A stretch of 64,000 bases of DNA. It comes from Carcharhinus amblyrhynchos (Eukaryota). The notes under the pieces are model-generated. The model ran no database searches. It saw nothing but the letters and a program-made list of their open reading frames with translations, and was not told the DNA's origin. Positions 37,550-49,510 of the stretch are shown in pieces (position 1 is the stretch's first letter; every line of letters starts with the position of its first letter). The stretch is from positions 56,110,001-56,174,000 of the forward strand of contig OZ336876.1 of assembly GCA_965287045.1 (NCBI GenBank), written 5' to 3'. The translations under genes and the position numbers were made by a program.

Positions 37550-39345
37550 TACAGCACAGAAGAGATGAGCACGTTTTGCTCATCATGTCCATGCCAGCCC
37601 TTTGGTGCTGCTATCAAACTAATCCCATCCTGCTCTGTCTCTATAGCCTTGCAATTTCTTTTAATTTCAAGTATTTATCCAATTCCTATTTGAAATTTAC
37701 TATTAAATCGGCTTCTAACGTTCTTTTTCAGATAGTACATTCCATAGCATAAGCAATTCACTTTTTAAAACAAATGTTTCTTCATATCACGTCTGGTTCT
37801 TTTGTTAAGGACCTTATACCTGGTTACCAACTCTTCTGCCATTGGAAACAGCTTTTCCTTATTTACACTATCTCAGTCAACACTATTATCAAATCTCCTC
37901 TTAATCTTTCTGCTCGGAGGAATTCTCCAATATTTTGACTTGGATATATATGATATGTACACCATTACATATTGTCACATGTAATGGTATACAGTGGAAT
38001 TGTTTCTTGCCCACTATATTGCACACTATATAGACACAATATGTTATATAGAGAGAAGGAAAGGAGAGCATGCAGAATTTGGTATTACAGTCATAGCTTG
38101 AGTGTAGAGGAAGATCAACTTAGGATAAGTTAGTCCATTCAAACGTCTGATGGCAGCAGGGAAGAAACATGACTTCAGACTTTTGTATCTTTTTCCCAAT
38201 AGAAAAAGGTGGAAGAGAGTATGTATGGGGTGTGTGGGATCCTTGATTATGCTGGCTGCTTTTCCAAGGCAGCGGGAAGTGTAGACAGAGTCAATGGATG
38301 GGAAGTTGGTTTGTGTGATGGCTTTGTTCATATCCCTTTGTAGTTTCTTGCAGTCTTGGACAGAGCAGGAGCCATACCAAGCTGTGATACAATCAGAAAG
38401 AATGCTTTCTATGGTGCATCTATGAAAGTTAGTGAAAGTCATAGCAGACATGCCAAATTTCCTTAGCCTCCTGAGAAAGTAGAGGCATTGGTAGGCTTTC
38501 TTAACTATAGCATCGGCTTGGAGGGACCAGGGCAGGTTGAAATTTGAAGCTCTTGGCCATTTCCACTTCATTCCCATTGATGTGGATGGGGACATGTCCT
38601 CCGCTATGCTTCCCAAAGCCAATAACTATCTCCTTCGTTTTAGTGACATTGAGGGAAAGATTGTCATTTCACCAATTCACCAGATTCTCTATCTCTTTCT
38701 ATATACTCCATCTCTTCATTGTTTTAGACCTGACCCACTATGGTGATGTCATCAACAAACTTGAAAATCAAGTTGGAGGGGAATTTGGCTGCAGAGTCAT
38801 GGGTGTTTAAGGCGTATAGTAAGGCACTGAAGACACAGCCTTGTGGAGCATTGGTGTTGAGGATGATCATGGAGGAGGATTTGTTGCCTGTCCTTACTGA
38901 TTTGCAGTCTGTGGGTTAGGAAGTCTAGTATCCAGCTGCAGAGAGAGGAGCTGAGCCCTAGGCCACAGAGTTTGGAGATGAGTTTTGTAGGAATAATGGT
39001 GTTGAAGACTGAGCTGCAGTCAATAAATAGGAGGCTTAAGTAAGTATCTCCATGTAACAGAATGCCTTCATCCTTGGTATCATTCGATTAACTCGTTTCA
39101 CTGCCCTTTCCAAGGTGTAAAGTGTTGTGTCCTGAATTGAACCTTATATTCCAGCTGAGGGCTAACCCATGTTTCATGAGTATTTAGTACAGTTTATTTG
39201 CCTTTATAACTCTATGACTCAATTTAAAAAAAAGTTAAGGATTACATACACATTTAATAGCTTTTCCTACATACCCTGCCACCTTCAGTCAGGTCTGGCT
39301 GCACTTGTACCCCCTTCAAATTATATCATTTAATTTATATTGCTA
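37550..39345 (-). mobile_element. Old CR1-like fragment split by a Rex1/Babar insertion
   Basis: CR1-like tail at about 37550-37930, resuming at about 39045-39345 (ATATTCCAGCTGAGGGCTAACC). Confidence 0.5.
37965..39040 (-). mobile_element. Rex1/Babar LINE 3' portion
   Basis: KKAYQCLYFLRRLRKFGMS...CTIESILSDCITAWYGSC peptide. Confidence 0.9.
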
Positions 39346-39714
39346 CAAAAATGTAGACTTTCCATTAGTACTACAAATTGGAAAATTTGAACTTGAAAGG
39401 GAGAGAGAGTTATTTGTTGATTAAAAAAGGAGAAAGTGTGTACATTTGTTAGTATTGGGGAATGGGGTAAAAATCATGTAGTTGGTACAATTCAGTACAT
39501 ATCTCCAGGTGCTGCTGCATGTTATTGTTGAAACCGATGGCAGAAAAAAGCACCTGATATCTTTCTACAGCTGTGAAGCTAACCCTGATCTGAGAAAATC
39601 TGGAAGTACCTAACCTCACAGAACATGAAAATGTTACATTTACATGGACTGGTCCGTTCACATATTGCTCTATGGCTACAGGTTTGATTAACATCAAATC
39701 ACATGTCGCCTATT

Positions 39715-40025
39715 AATGCACATTGTCAGTTTGATTTAGTTGGCATCTTTGACCTTAAAGATTGTAGATTGCAACCCTATTCTGTGAAGTGCTAAACAAA
39801 GTTCCTGTTTGTTTACCTGGATGCAAAAGGTACCCTGGAATTATTTATAGTCAACATTCGTCCCTCCACCAACACCAAAAAAGTTGTTATTCATCTCATT
39901 TGAAGTTGTGTCCAGGTGTTGGCTGCCGCCTTTCCTTATATTAGAGTGGTTTCATTCAAGGAAAATGTCATTTATGGAGTACTGTTGTGATATCCTTGAT
40001 AAAGTGAAAAAAAAGGCAATTTCAT
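39715..40025 (+). mobile_element. Decayed Deu-domain SINE
   Basis: tRNA-like head and GGATGCAAAAGGTACCCTGG...TTATTCATCTCATT core; very diverged. Confidence 0.4.
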
Positions 40026-40509
40026 TCTTATTGATACTATCTATGAGGGACAAAGTAAATAAAAGACAACTAAGATTTACAACTTGTCAAATCAACAACT
40101 CAACAGAAAATTGTACATTCAAGGGACATTTCCTTTAAGTGTGACATAACTGTCAGAAATGGATTGGGTGACGATGATTATCTTTCATACCATTGTTGTT
40201 ATGTTTCCAATTCTTTATCCTGAGTTGGGGTCAATTTTGCATAAGAAGTGGACATGCAAGAATGCCTCACTTTTCAGTGAAGGAAACTTGTGGTGTTACA
40301 ATGGCTAAATTGTTGACCAAAGATTAGAGCTGCCGTGCAGCAAAACTGAGGAGCCAGTTTGTTGTTTTGATTTTTTCCCTCTTTATTTTGATACCTGATG
40401 CCATTAATCCATGAATCCTTTAACAATCTGATTAGAAATATTAGGTGTTGTAAAAGGGATATAATAATTAGATGAACTGGCGAGCCAACTGCTTTCAAAA
40501 AATAATTGC

Positions 40510-41545
40510 TTTGTCATGTTCCATTTGTTCCTTTTTCATGGAAGACTTACTTAACAGCAAAGGTATCTCTCTAGAGACTAGTCATGACTAATAAAGTGGC
40601 ACACTATAGCTATGTTGTATGGAATCACCACATTTTAGTGACCTCAATGTGTTGTCAACCACAAACTTAAAACAAGTAGGACTTTCATACTCCTTGACTC
40701 ATGTCATTCTTCACTACTGAGTGAACCTAGGTAACATTTTAGCCAGTCTGTTCTACACACTATCAACGTGCAACCATCATCTAAGACAGCACAGTTAAAT
40801 GAATCTGTGACAAATTCACTCATCACCAGACTAAAGCTTCTTGTGGCCAATACAATTCCATCAGATTGATCAGTATCATCAACTTCAGCTTCTGAATTCC
40901 CTGTGCCATGTGTCTGTTTGAGAACCCTGTAGTTTTTGGGCACTTTGTCACGTAATGATATTTTTAGTCAAACTGGAAGGACCTTTCAGCTGGTTCCTGG
41001 GGTTCATTCACCTACTATTCCAGGCCTGTTGTCTGCTGTGGTGTCCGGATCTTCTATGTGCTTTCATCCATCTTCATTCTGCCTTCCTTTATACTGGCAC
41101 TTGTATCCACTGTCAGGACGATGTTGAAATGAAGCAATCATTGAGTCAGTCATCCTATGTCCTATTTGTGCCATGAAGGCTGCTGGAAATTATGACTTCC
41201 CCAGGAGCTTTTTAAGTCCATTTTTGCTTTGAAAGGGAATGTCTTTCTGAGAACCAAACACCAGCTAAGACCAGATGCTGTAAAGCAACATCTGAGCATA
41301 AAACAGTAATTTAAACTGAAACATGGAGTAAGGAATCTACAAATTGAATTTCTGCAATCTTTTATACTAGCTGTTAAAATCCATGATATATTCCTCTGTA
41401 GAATGATCATCTGCCTTTACAAAATCTATCAGTCTGATCATGCCTTGTTACATTGGCATGTAATAGATCATCTGCTGGTAGATTTCATCCATGAAACCAA
41501 ATGAAAGAGCCAATCCTTCCTCAGTAACTAACTGATAGGCTTCCA
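40510..41545 (-). mobile_element. Decayed LTR retrotransposon gag-protease relic (Ty1/Copia, GalEa-like)
   Basis: Minus-strand peptides CAVLDDGCTLIVCRTDWLKCYLGSL, VKEYESPTCFKF, VVIPYNIA and EIPLLLSKSSMKK; upstream gag-like EEYIMDFN..YKRLQKF. Confidence 0.7.
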
Positions 41546-41796
41546 GCTCACAAAATACCATTGGATCATTTCTCACCCCCAATCCCCTACTCCGATTTTT
41601 GGCAGGATGGTAGCAAGAATGGTCAAGAAAGGAGGAGTCCCAAAATGGCTTTCATGCCAGTGGGATTTCCTCATTCAATTGTCCCTGTCCCCACCAGTGG
41701 GGCACCATCTGATGGGAACCTCATTTGAATTAACTTGGATATAATTAACAGGTCTCATTAATAGAGATGAAGCCCCAGCTCACAACGTCACTTCAT

Positions 41797-42955
41797 TTTT
41801 TTGTTTTGATTTATTATTGCCACATGTGTTAGTGTACAGTGAAAAGTACTGTTTATTGTATGCTATACAGACAAAACATGCCGTACGTAGAATACTTAGG
41901 GGAGAGCGAAAAGAGAGGGTGCAGAATGTAGTGTTACAGTCATAGCTAGGGTATATAGAAAGGTCACCTTAGTATAAAGTTGGTCCATTCAAACATCTGA
42001 TGGCAGCAGGGAAGAAGGTGTTGTTGAGTCAGTTGGTACATGACTTCAGACTTTTGTATCTTTTTCCCAACAGAAGAAGGTAGAAGAGAGTGTGCCCGGG
42101 GTGTGTGGCGTGCTTGAGTCAATGGATGGGAGGCTGGTTTGCGTGATGGACTGGGCTTTGTTCACAACCATTTGTGGTTTTCTGCAGTCTTGGACTGAGC
42201 AGGATCCATACCAAGTTGTGATGCATCCAGAAAGAACTTTTTCTATGATGCGTCTGTAAAAGGTGATGAGAGGTGCAGCGGACCTGCCAAATTTTCTTAG
42301 CCTCCTGAGAAAGCAAAGGTGTTAGTGGGCTTAACTATAATGTCGGCATGGAGGTACCAGGACAGGTTGTTGGTAATCTAGACACCTAGAAATGTGAAGC
42401 TCTCAAGCAATTCCATTTTATCCCTGTTAATGCAGACAGGTTGGACTGGGGTAAGCATAATAAGAAGCCTCATAACATCAGGTTAAAGTCCAACAGGTTT
42501 ATTTGGTAGCACAAGGAACAAGCTTTTGGAGCACTGCTCCTTCATCAGGTGAGTGGGAGTTCTGTTCACAAACTTGTGAACAGAGCTCCCACTCAACTGA
42601 TGAAGGGGCAGCGTTCCAAAAGCTTGCGGTTTGTGCTACCAAATAAACCTGTTGGACTTTAACTTGGTGTTGTGAGACTTCTTATGATGTAGACAGTGGC
42701 ATTTCCTCCACTGCACTTCCTGAAGTTGAATACTATCCTCTTCATTTTATTGATATTGAGGCAGAGATTATTGTCGTCACACCAATTCACCAGATTCTCT
42801 ATTTCTTTCCTGTATTCCGTCTCATCATTGTTTGAGATCTAACCCGCTACGGGAGTGTCATCCACAACTTGAAAATTGTGTTTGGAGGGGAATTTGGCCA
42901 CACCGTCATGGGGGTAGAAGGAGTATAGCAAGGGGCTAAGGACATAGCCTTGTAA
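41797..42955 (-). mobile_element. Rex1/Babar LINE 3' portion
   Basis: TTTTGATTTATTATTGCCACATG tail; reverse-complement match to 48600-49505. Confidence 0.9.
42440..42685. mobile_element. Fold-back Penelope-like insertion with two inverted hammerhead-type cores
   Basis: About 112-bp inverted arms (42460-42571 / 42574-42685) flanked by the imperfect direct repeat AATGCAGACAG / GATGTAGACAG. Confidence 0.85.
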
Positions 42956-44833
42956 TCTTGGCCAAAACACAGTTATGAATTGGAAGGTGAGCTTTATATA
43001 ATCCAAAATAGTGGCATTATTTTCCGGATGTTTTTTCTCCCATTAACTTACAGCCTTCATTAATCCCCTCCTCAGGGAAGTGATTCATGCCAGAATACCT
43101 TCTATGGATTCCAAAAGATAATTTTCACCTTCCCCATTTGTTCAATAAACTAGCCTCAGAAAGACTGCTTGATTTTCCTGTCTATTAGAAATGTAAATTA
43201 AGTGACTTAACTAATGGACAGATGATTTGCTCCACCAAACTGATGCTAGAGATCATGAAAATTTAAGCACAAGTGAGTTATGCCTAACTAGAATCGAACT
43301 GGTTCAAAACCCATCAGCACAGTGTTAAATTTGGGACCTAAAAGTACATACGCCCTCGCAATAATTTGCCCAAGATCAGCTGAATTTGTACTGATTGAGT
43401 ATTGAACTGTAGTGGTCTTTGTGGTTTTAGTACCACAACAAAACGTACCCCCATCTGTTCAACTGGTAAGGAATCAAGCTGCAGTGAACTACTTGAATAG
43501 GTCTGTTAGTAATGCCTGTAGCATATCATTCTGAGATGTACAATGGTCACCCAACAGTTAAGTACGTACCGTATCCCCACCATAATAAAACTTGTTCTTT
43601 TCCTGAAGAAGACTTGAAAAGATCTGGCTTTCATGTTGCTGAGTGCACATTTATCAGATTCTCAGCAGGAAGAGTAGCAGCTTTGAGCAGGGAAAGTGTG
43701 TCATGTGTTCTGTTTGATGATTTCAGAATGCTGCGGTGTGCTTGGAAGTGGAGGATTAAAGGGTCAAATGGTTGTTTTAATTAATATTTAGAAGTCTGTT
43801 GAATTTACTGAGCATGGTCGGATAACTTGCCAGTTAAGGTGAGCCTGTATTATCAAAGCTGATTCACCTAACTGGCATTGAAATTACTGAATCACCAACT
43901 TTATTTAAGATTTTTGGTTATAATTTAATAATTTACATGTGTAAAACATAGTTTAATAGTTACCTTTACAAAGAATCAGACAAAACAAAATATTCTGTAT
44001 TAAATAAATCAATGTTACAAGTGGCCTTGAGAGGAAAAGTTATAATTGACCCGTTCTGAAATTTGGGCTATGAACCTATGGATTTACAAAGCATTTGTCA
44101 GAAATTCCTCTCTGCTATTTGCATCATACAATTTAAATTGAGATGCGCATCCACCAAGGTAACAGTGCAAGGGATTTTGGACACATAAGAGATTCATCAA
44201 TGGTATTTCAGAGCCCTGGGCCTGGAATACCTGGGGTCTCATCCCACCTTTGCAATTGTAATGAATGAAATCCCATTCCTTGAAAATTTCAAGGTACTGC
44301 CCAAAATTGTGGGTTGACTTTGTTTGCGTGTTCAGATGAGAGCATTGCACCTACGTGCATGATTCAGTGTTGTCTCTCCCATGGAGATGGCAGATCTCTC
44401 AAGGAATTGATCCTAAGGATTCAATTACCTTTCCCTTATGAAGGTTTGGGATCTTTGCATGGCACTCAGTGGTACTTGCGCCATGTTCAGCATGCAGGCA
44501 TTTCCATGAGGCCTTATAAAGGCAAAATAGGCAGAATGTCCCAGTATGTGCACTTGCCATGTGTGGCTCAGGAGACCCACAGCTTTCCCTTGAACTGGAG
44601 TTCAAACATGTTAAAAGTCACTGCAAATGGGATGTCATACTGACAGACCAGTTTGGGCTTTATATATCTAATGAATCTTTTCCTCTCATCGGGTGGAAGT
44701 CTTTATTTTCAGCCTTCCAGAGTCAGGAACATTGACCTTTGTTCTTTCAAGCAAAAGTTCTCAAATACATGGTGCCTTGTGTGGGCTGAGAAGTTGACGT
44801 CATTTTATGATTTTTTTAAGGAGTCAAAGAATG

Positions 44834-45640
44834 TGGGGGCAATTCTCCCCAAAAAATTCTATGTCGAACTTGCATTAAAAACTGGAGTAAATCATGCTTG
44901 TTTTTTCAGCAGGAATTTCAAAGTGAATCTTCCCCACTCTGTGCACTAGCATGAATTGGTATTCCCACTGGAGATGCCAACAGCATAGCACTGAGGGGAC
45001 CACTGCGAGTGCACTAATCTGTCAGTGTCAAGATTGGCACATGTGCGGTGGCCCCGCACTGCTGGCCTCCCAATTGCTGGCCAGCTCCGCCAATCCCGCT
45101 TCGCCAACCCCGCCCCAGCCTGCCTTGATGGCCAGTCCCGATTGCTGGCTTCCCTCCCTCTATCACTCAGCCCAAGTGCAGAATGGCAGTGCCAAGATGC
45201 CTTCTGGGCATTGAAGTTTGCCCCTTGGGCAATGCCAAAGGGGCCCAGACTGGCACTGCCAAGGTGGCAACACCCCACGCCCAACCCTCTGGGGTGCCTC
45301 GATGGCCTTCCTTTACTCCTGCGGGGTCAGGCTGCCAGCACACCAGAAGTGGCGAGCTATACTAAATTCTGTTGGAGGGAACCACTCCTGAATGGGGGGG
45401 CAGGGGGTGCGGTGGGAGGGAAGGGAGGTAAGTGGGCCCAGAGACTTCAGTCCAAGGCCCACTAATGATTTTCAAATTAGTATCTCCATAAATTATTCTG
45501 CACCAATTTCTGGTGTGGAAATTCAGCTGCTGGAGATACGCGGAGGCCTTAGCACCCAGCGGGGAGTCCACAAAACAGCCTCCACTCGAGCTACTGGCAC
45601 GCTGAATGACCAAAGCACCACAGGAGGTTGGGCGAATCAC
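44834..45640. mobile_element. Non-autonomous DNA transposon / MITE-like element
   Basis: Sharp GC-rich block starting GGGGGCAATTCTCCC, with recurrent GGCAGTGCCA/TGGCACTGCC dyads; no coding motif. Confidence 0.55.
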
Positions 45641-46951
45641 TTAAAAACCTTTTATGGACACCTCTGTGAAAGTGGTACAGTTGCACATATTGTTCAGTCA
45701 GTGTTGTTGATGTGTAACCTGTTCCAAACCAAGACAAGCCATGGTCCAGTCTTGTTATACTGCATCAAAACCTAACGCTCTACGTAGGTTAAAGGGCTTG
45801 TTGGTTCACTAAAGATACTGTAGTATATTTAGCAAAGAGTTTGGCAAAGACTGATGAAAGGAATGTAGCCCCAGATCAATTTGAAAGTGTAGTGACACCC
45901 CCAAAAATACGTCCAGGGTAATAGTATTGGGCAGTGCATGAACCAGAGTGGATTCCATCTGCTTGACATCATCCTAGCATAACTGCTAAACTGAAAGTGA
46001 ACAAGTGCGTCAGGCTCCATGGAGGAATGCTGACAATGTTAATTGATCAATGCTTTTTGCCAACTGACAGTCAGCATTTTCCCAGGCATGCAAGTGTGCA
46101 AGTGTTTGCTGATTGAAATCTGGTTTTTCACAGCCCGATGCACCTTCCTTTAAAGTCATTCTAGAATGTCCAAATATATTTATGTCCCCAGGTGGATGGT
46201 TAGAATTTGTCTTTGGAGATCATAGAGCATTTGGACGAACCCAGTCTATCACTCCGCCCAAGCACAAAGTGTCAATGTGACCAGTGGCGTATAATTAAAA
46301 GGGTTAAGAATCCTGACCTTCTTCACGAGCTTGTCATTCATTGCAAAACCAAGGTGATTCTGTGCAAAGTCGCAATGCTGATCCTCAGTATAAGGTGTTT
46401 TAATTTCAGTTCTGAACAATGGTCCTTGACTTGAATTGTTAACATTGCTCCTCTCCCCACACACATTGCCATACCTGCTGATTATTTCCAGAGTTTTCTG
46501 TTTTTATTTGAGTTATTCCCAAATATTCTGGCCAATATTTATTCCTCAATCAGCATCACAAAAGCCAATTTTCTAGCCATTATTGCATTGCTGCTTGTGT
46601 GAGTTAGATGAATTAATTTTGGCCACCATATTTCCTATGTTGTGACAATGACTATATTGTCTTCATTGGAGGTGAAGCACCTTAAAATGTTTAGTAGTCA
46701 TGAAAAATGTTACATAAATGCCCTTTTACCTTGTTTTCACACTATAGACAAGAGATTTTGTGCTTTGTTTCTCACAGAAGAAAGATGCAAACACTGAAAT
46801 GACATACCAAAATGTTAGTGAAGATCATTAAAATCCATGAAATAGAACAGAATCAAAATATTGCTCTGAATTATAGGCTTAATTTTGGATTGTTAGATGT
46901 TGTTTCAATTGTCTGGTTTTAGTTTGGAACTATTAACTACTGTGAATTTTA

Positions 46952-47289
46952 GAATATAATAGAATCTCTACAGTGCAGAAGGAGGCCATTCACCCATGAA
47001 GCCTGCACTGACTCTTGAAAGAGCATTCCACCCAAGCCCATTCATCCCGCCCCCACTCCCTCACTACACCTCCCACTCCTGCCCTATTCTTGTAACCCCT
47101 GCACATTTTTTACCATGGCTAATCCACCTAACCTGCACATCTTTGGACTGTGGGAGGAAACTGGAGCACCCAGAGGAAACCCATTTAGACATGAGGAGGA
47201 CATGCAAACTCCACACAGACAGTCAACCAAGGCTAGAATGAACCCGAGTCCCTGGCTCTGTGAGGCAGCAGTGCTGACCACTGTGCCAT
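46952..47289 (-). mobile_element. HE1-like V-SINE
   Basis: ATAGAATCTCTACAGTGCAGAAGGAGGCC tail; head GCAGCAGTGCTGACCACTGTGCC. Confidence 0.9.
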
Positions 47290-47649
47290 TTTACAGGTTA
47301 TCACGTCTGATAGTTTGCAAGTTGATGTTTTAGCAGAGAAAGAACACATTGTAGTGAAGAAAACAGCCACCTTTCCCAAAATCTAGTGCTTATTTTTGGA
47401 GATTGACCTTGCAGAGTTGCTCCAATGAGTGTTCACATCTCAGGCTGGTAAACACAAGCATGGTAATGGACTGAAACCTGGTATAGAACTGTAATCCAGC
47501 TAAAGATTCTTGTGCATCTATCTGCTCTGACCCCTTCCAGATCCACAGCCAAGGGTCCACTTGATTCTGTGATACACAATGTAATTTAACTATGTTTCAT
47601 ACATTACAGATATCAACATGCATGCCTCACATAAGCACAATGAAACTTG

Positions 47650-49510
47650 AATGATGTGATACGCACATGAATGGATGAACAGGGATATCCATTGCTTGCT
47701 GAACCCAGGTCTGAGGTGTTCAAGTCAGGTGACTCTAAGCTATAAAAGAAAGTCAGATATGATCCATAGAGATCCATCAAAGGTGCCAAAAGTCCTGGGC
47801 TAACCCAGACCCCGCCAAATATGGCAAAGTCTGCAAGACACAACAGGCTACAAGATGAGGACATGTAAAATTGCCGGCTCTAATGCACCCCGCCCGATGA
47901 GCTCAACACATTCTATGCCCATTTTGAGTAAGAGGTCAACAAGAGCATGCCCTCCAACACTGACACCCTCGGAAGAACCTGTTTTCCAGATCACCATTGC
48001 AGACATCAGAGCAGTCTTCTCAAACGTCAATGATGGAAAGTGATTGGCCTGGATGGGGTACCTGGATAAGCGTTCAGATCCTGGACGGATCAATTGGCAG
48101 AGGTATTTGCAGATATCTTCAACCTTCAACCTCTCTTTACAACAATCTGAGGTCCTTATCTGCTTCAAGAAGATGACCACCATCCTGGTACCAAAGAAAA
48201 GCCAGGCAACGTGCCTAATTGACCATTGTCCGGTGACTGTGACATTCGTCATTATGATGTGCCTTGAAAGGTTAGTCATGGCACAAATCTGTTTCAGCCT
48301 CCCAGATTGCCTGGATCCACTACAGTTCACCTACCCTCGTTAAGGTCCACAGCAGATGCCATCTCCTTGGCTCTATACTCAACTCTGGAACGGCTAAATA
48401 AGCAAGCCACCTATGTCAAACTCCTATTTATTGACTACAGCTCAGCCTTCAACACCATCATTCCTACGAAACTCATCTCCAAACTCCATGGCCTAAGTCT
48501 TGGCTCCTCCCGCTGCAACTGGATCCTAGACTTCTAACCGACAGACCGCAATCAGCAAGGATAGGCAACAACACCTTCTCAATGATCATCCTCAACACCG
48601 ATGCCCCACAAGGGTCTGCTCTCAACCCCTTACTATAGTCCTTATACAACTATGACTGTGTGGCAAAATTGCCCTCCAAAATGATTTTCATGTTTGCTGA
48701 TGACCTCACCGTATTGGATCAAATCACAAACAATGAGATGGAGTACAGGAATGAGATAGAGAATCTGGTGAACTGGTGTGATGATAATAATCTCTCCCTT
48801 AGTGTCAACGAAAGGAAGGAGATTGTCATTGACTTCAGGAAGCATAGTGGAGAACATGCCTCTATCTACATCAATGGGGACAAAATAGAAATGGTCGAGA
48901 CCTTCTAAGTTTTAAATGTCCAGATCACCAACAACCTTTCCTGGTCTGCCCATGCCTACGCTATTGTAAGAAAACTCACTAATGCCTCCATTTTCTCAGG
49001 AGACTAAACTCTCGCTAACCTTTACAGATGCACCGTGGAAATACTTTTTCTGGTTGTACCACAGCTTGGTATGGCTCCTGCTCTGTCCAAGACTACAAGA
49101 AACTACAAATGATTGTGAAGAAAGCCTAGTCCATCATTCAAACCAGCCTCCCATCCATTGACTCTGCCTACACTTGCTGCTGCCTTGGAAAATCAGCCAG
49201 CATAATCAAGGACTCCACGCACCCTGGACATTCTCTCTTCCACTTTCTTCTGTTGGGAAAAAGATACAAAATTTAGAGGACACATATCAACAAACTCAAG
49301 AACAGCTTCTTCCCTGCTACCATCACTTTTGAATGGACCTATCTCATATTAAGTTGATCTTTCTCTACACCCTAGCTATGACTGTAACACTACATTCTGC
49401 ATTCTCTCCTTTCCTTTCTATGTACAGTATGCCTTGTCTGTATAGTGCGCAAGAAACAATACTTCTCCCTGTATCACAATACATGTAACAACAATAAATC
49501 AAATCAAAAA
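47650..49510 (+). mobile_element. Rex1/Babar LINE (decayed RT)
   Basis: MCLERLV...LDPLQF, RSTADAI...YVKLLFIDYSSAFNTIIP and MFADDLTV peptides; tail AATAAATCAAATCAA. Confidence 0.93.

Noticed and set aside
43512-43784. 90-aa ORF as exon 2
   Set aside because: Weak acceptor, no convincing donor and no recognisable domain.
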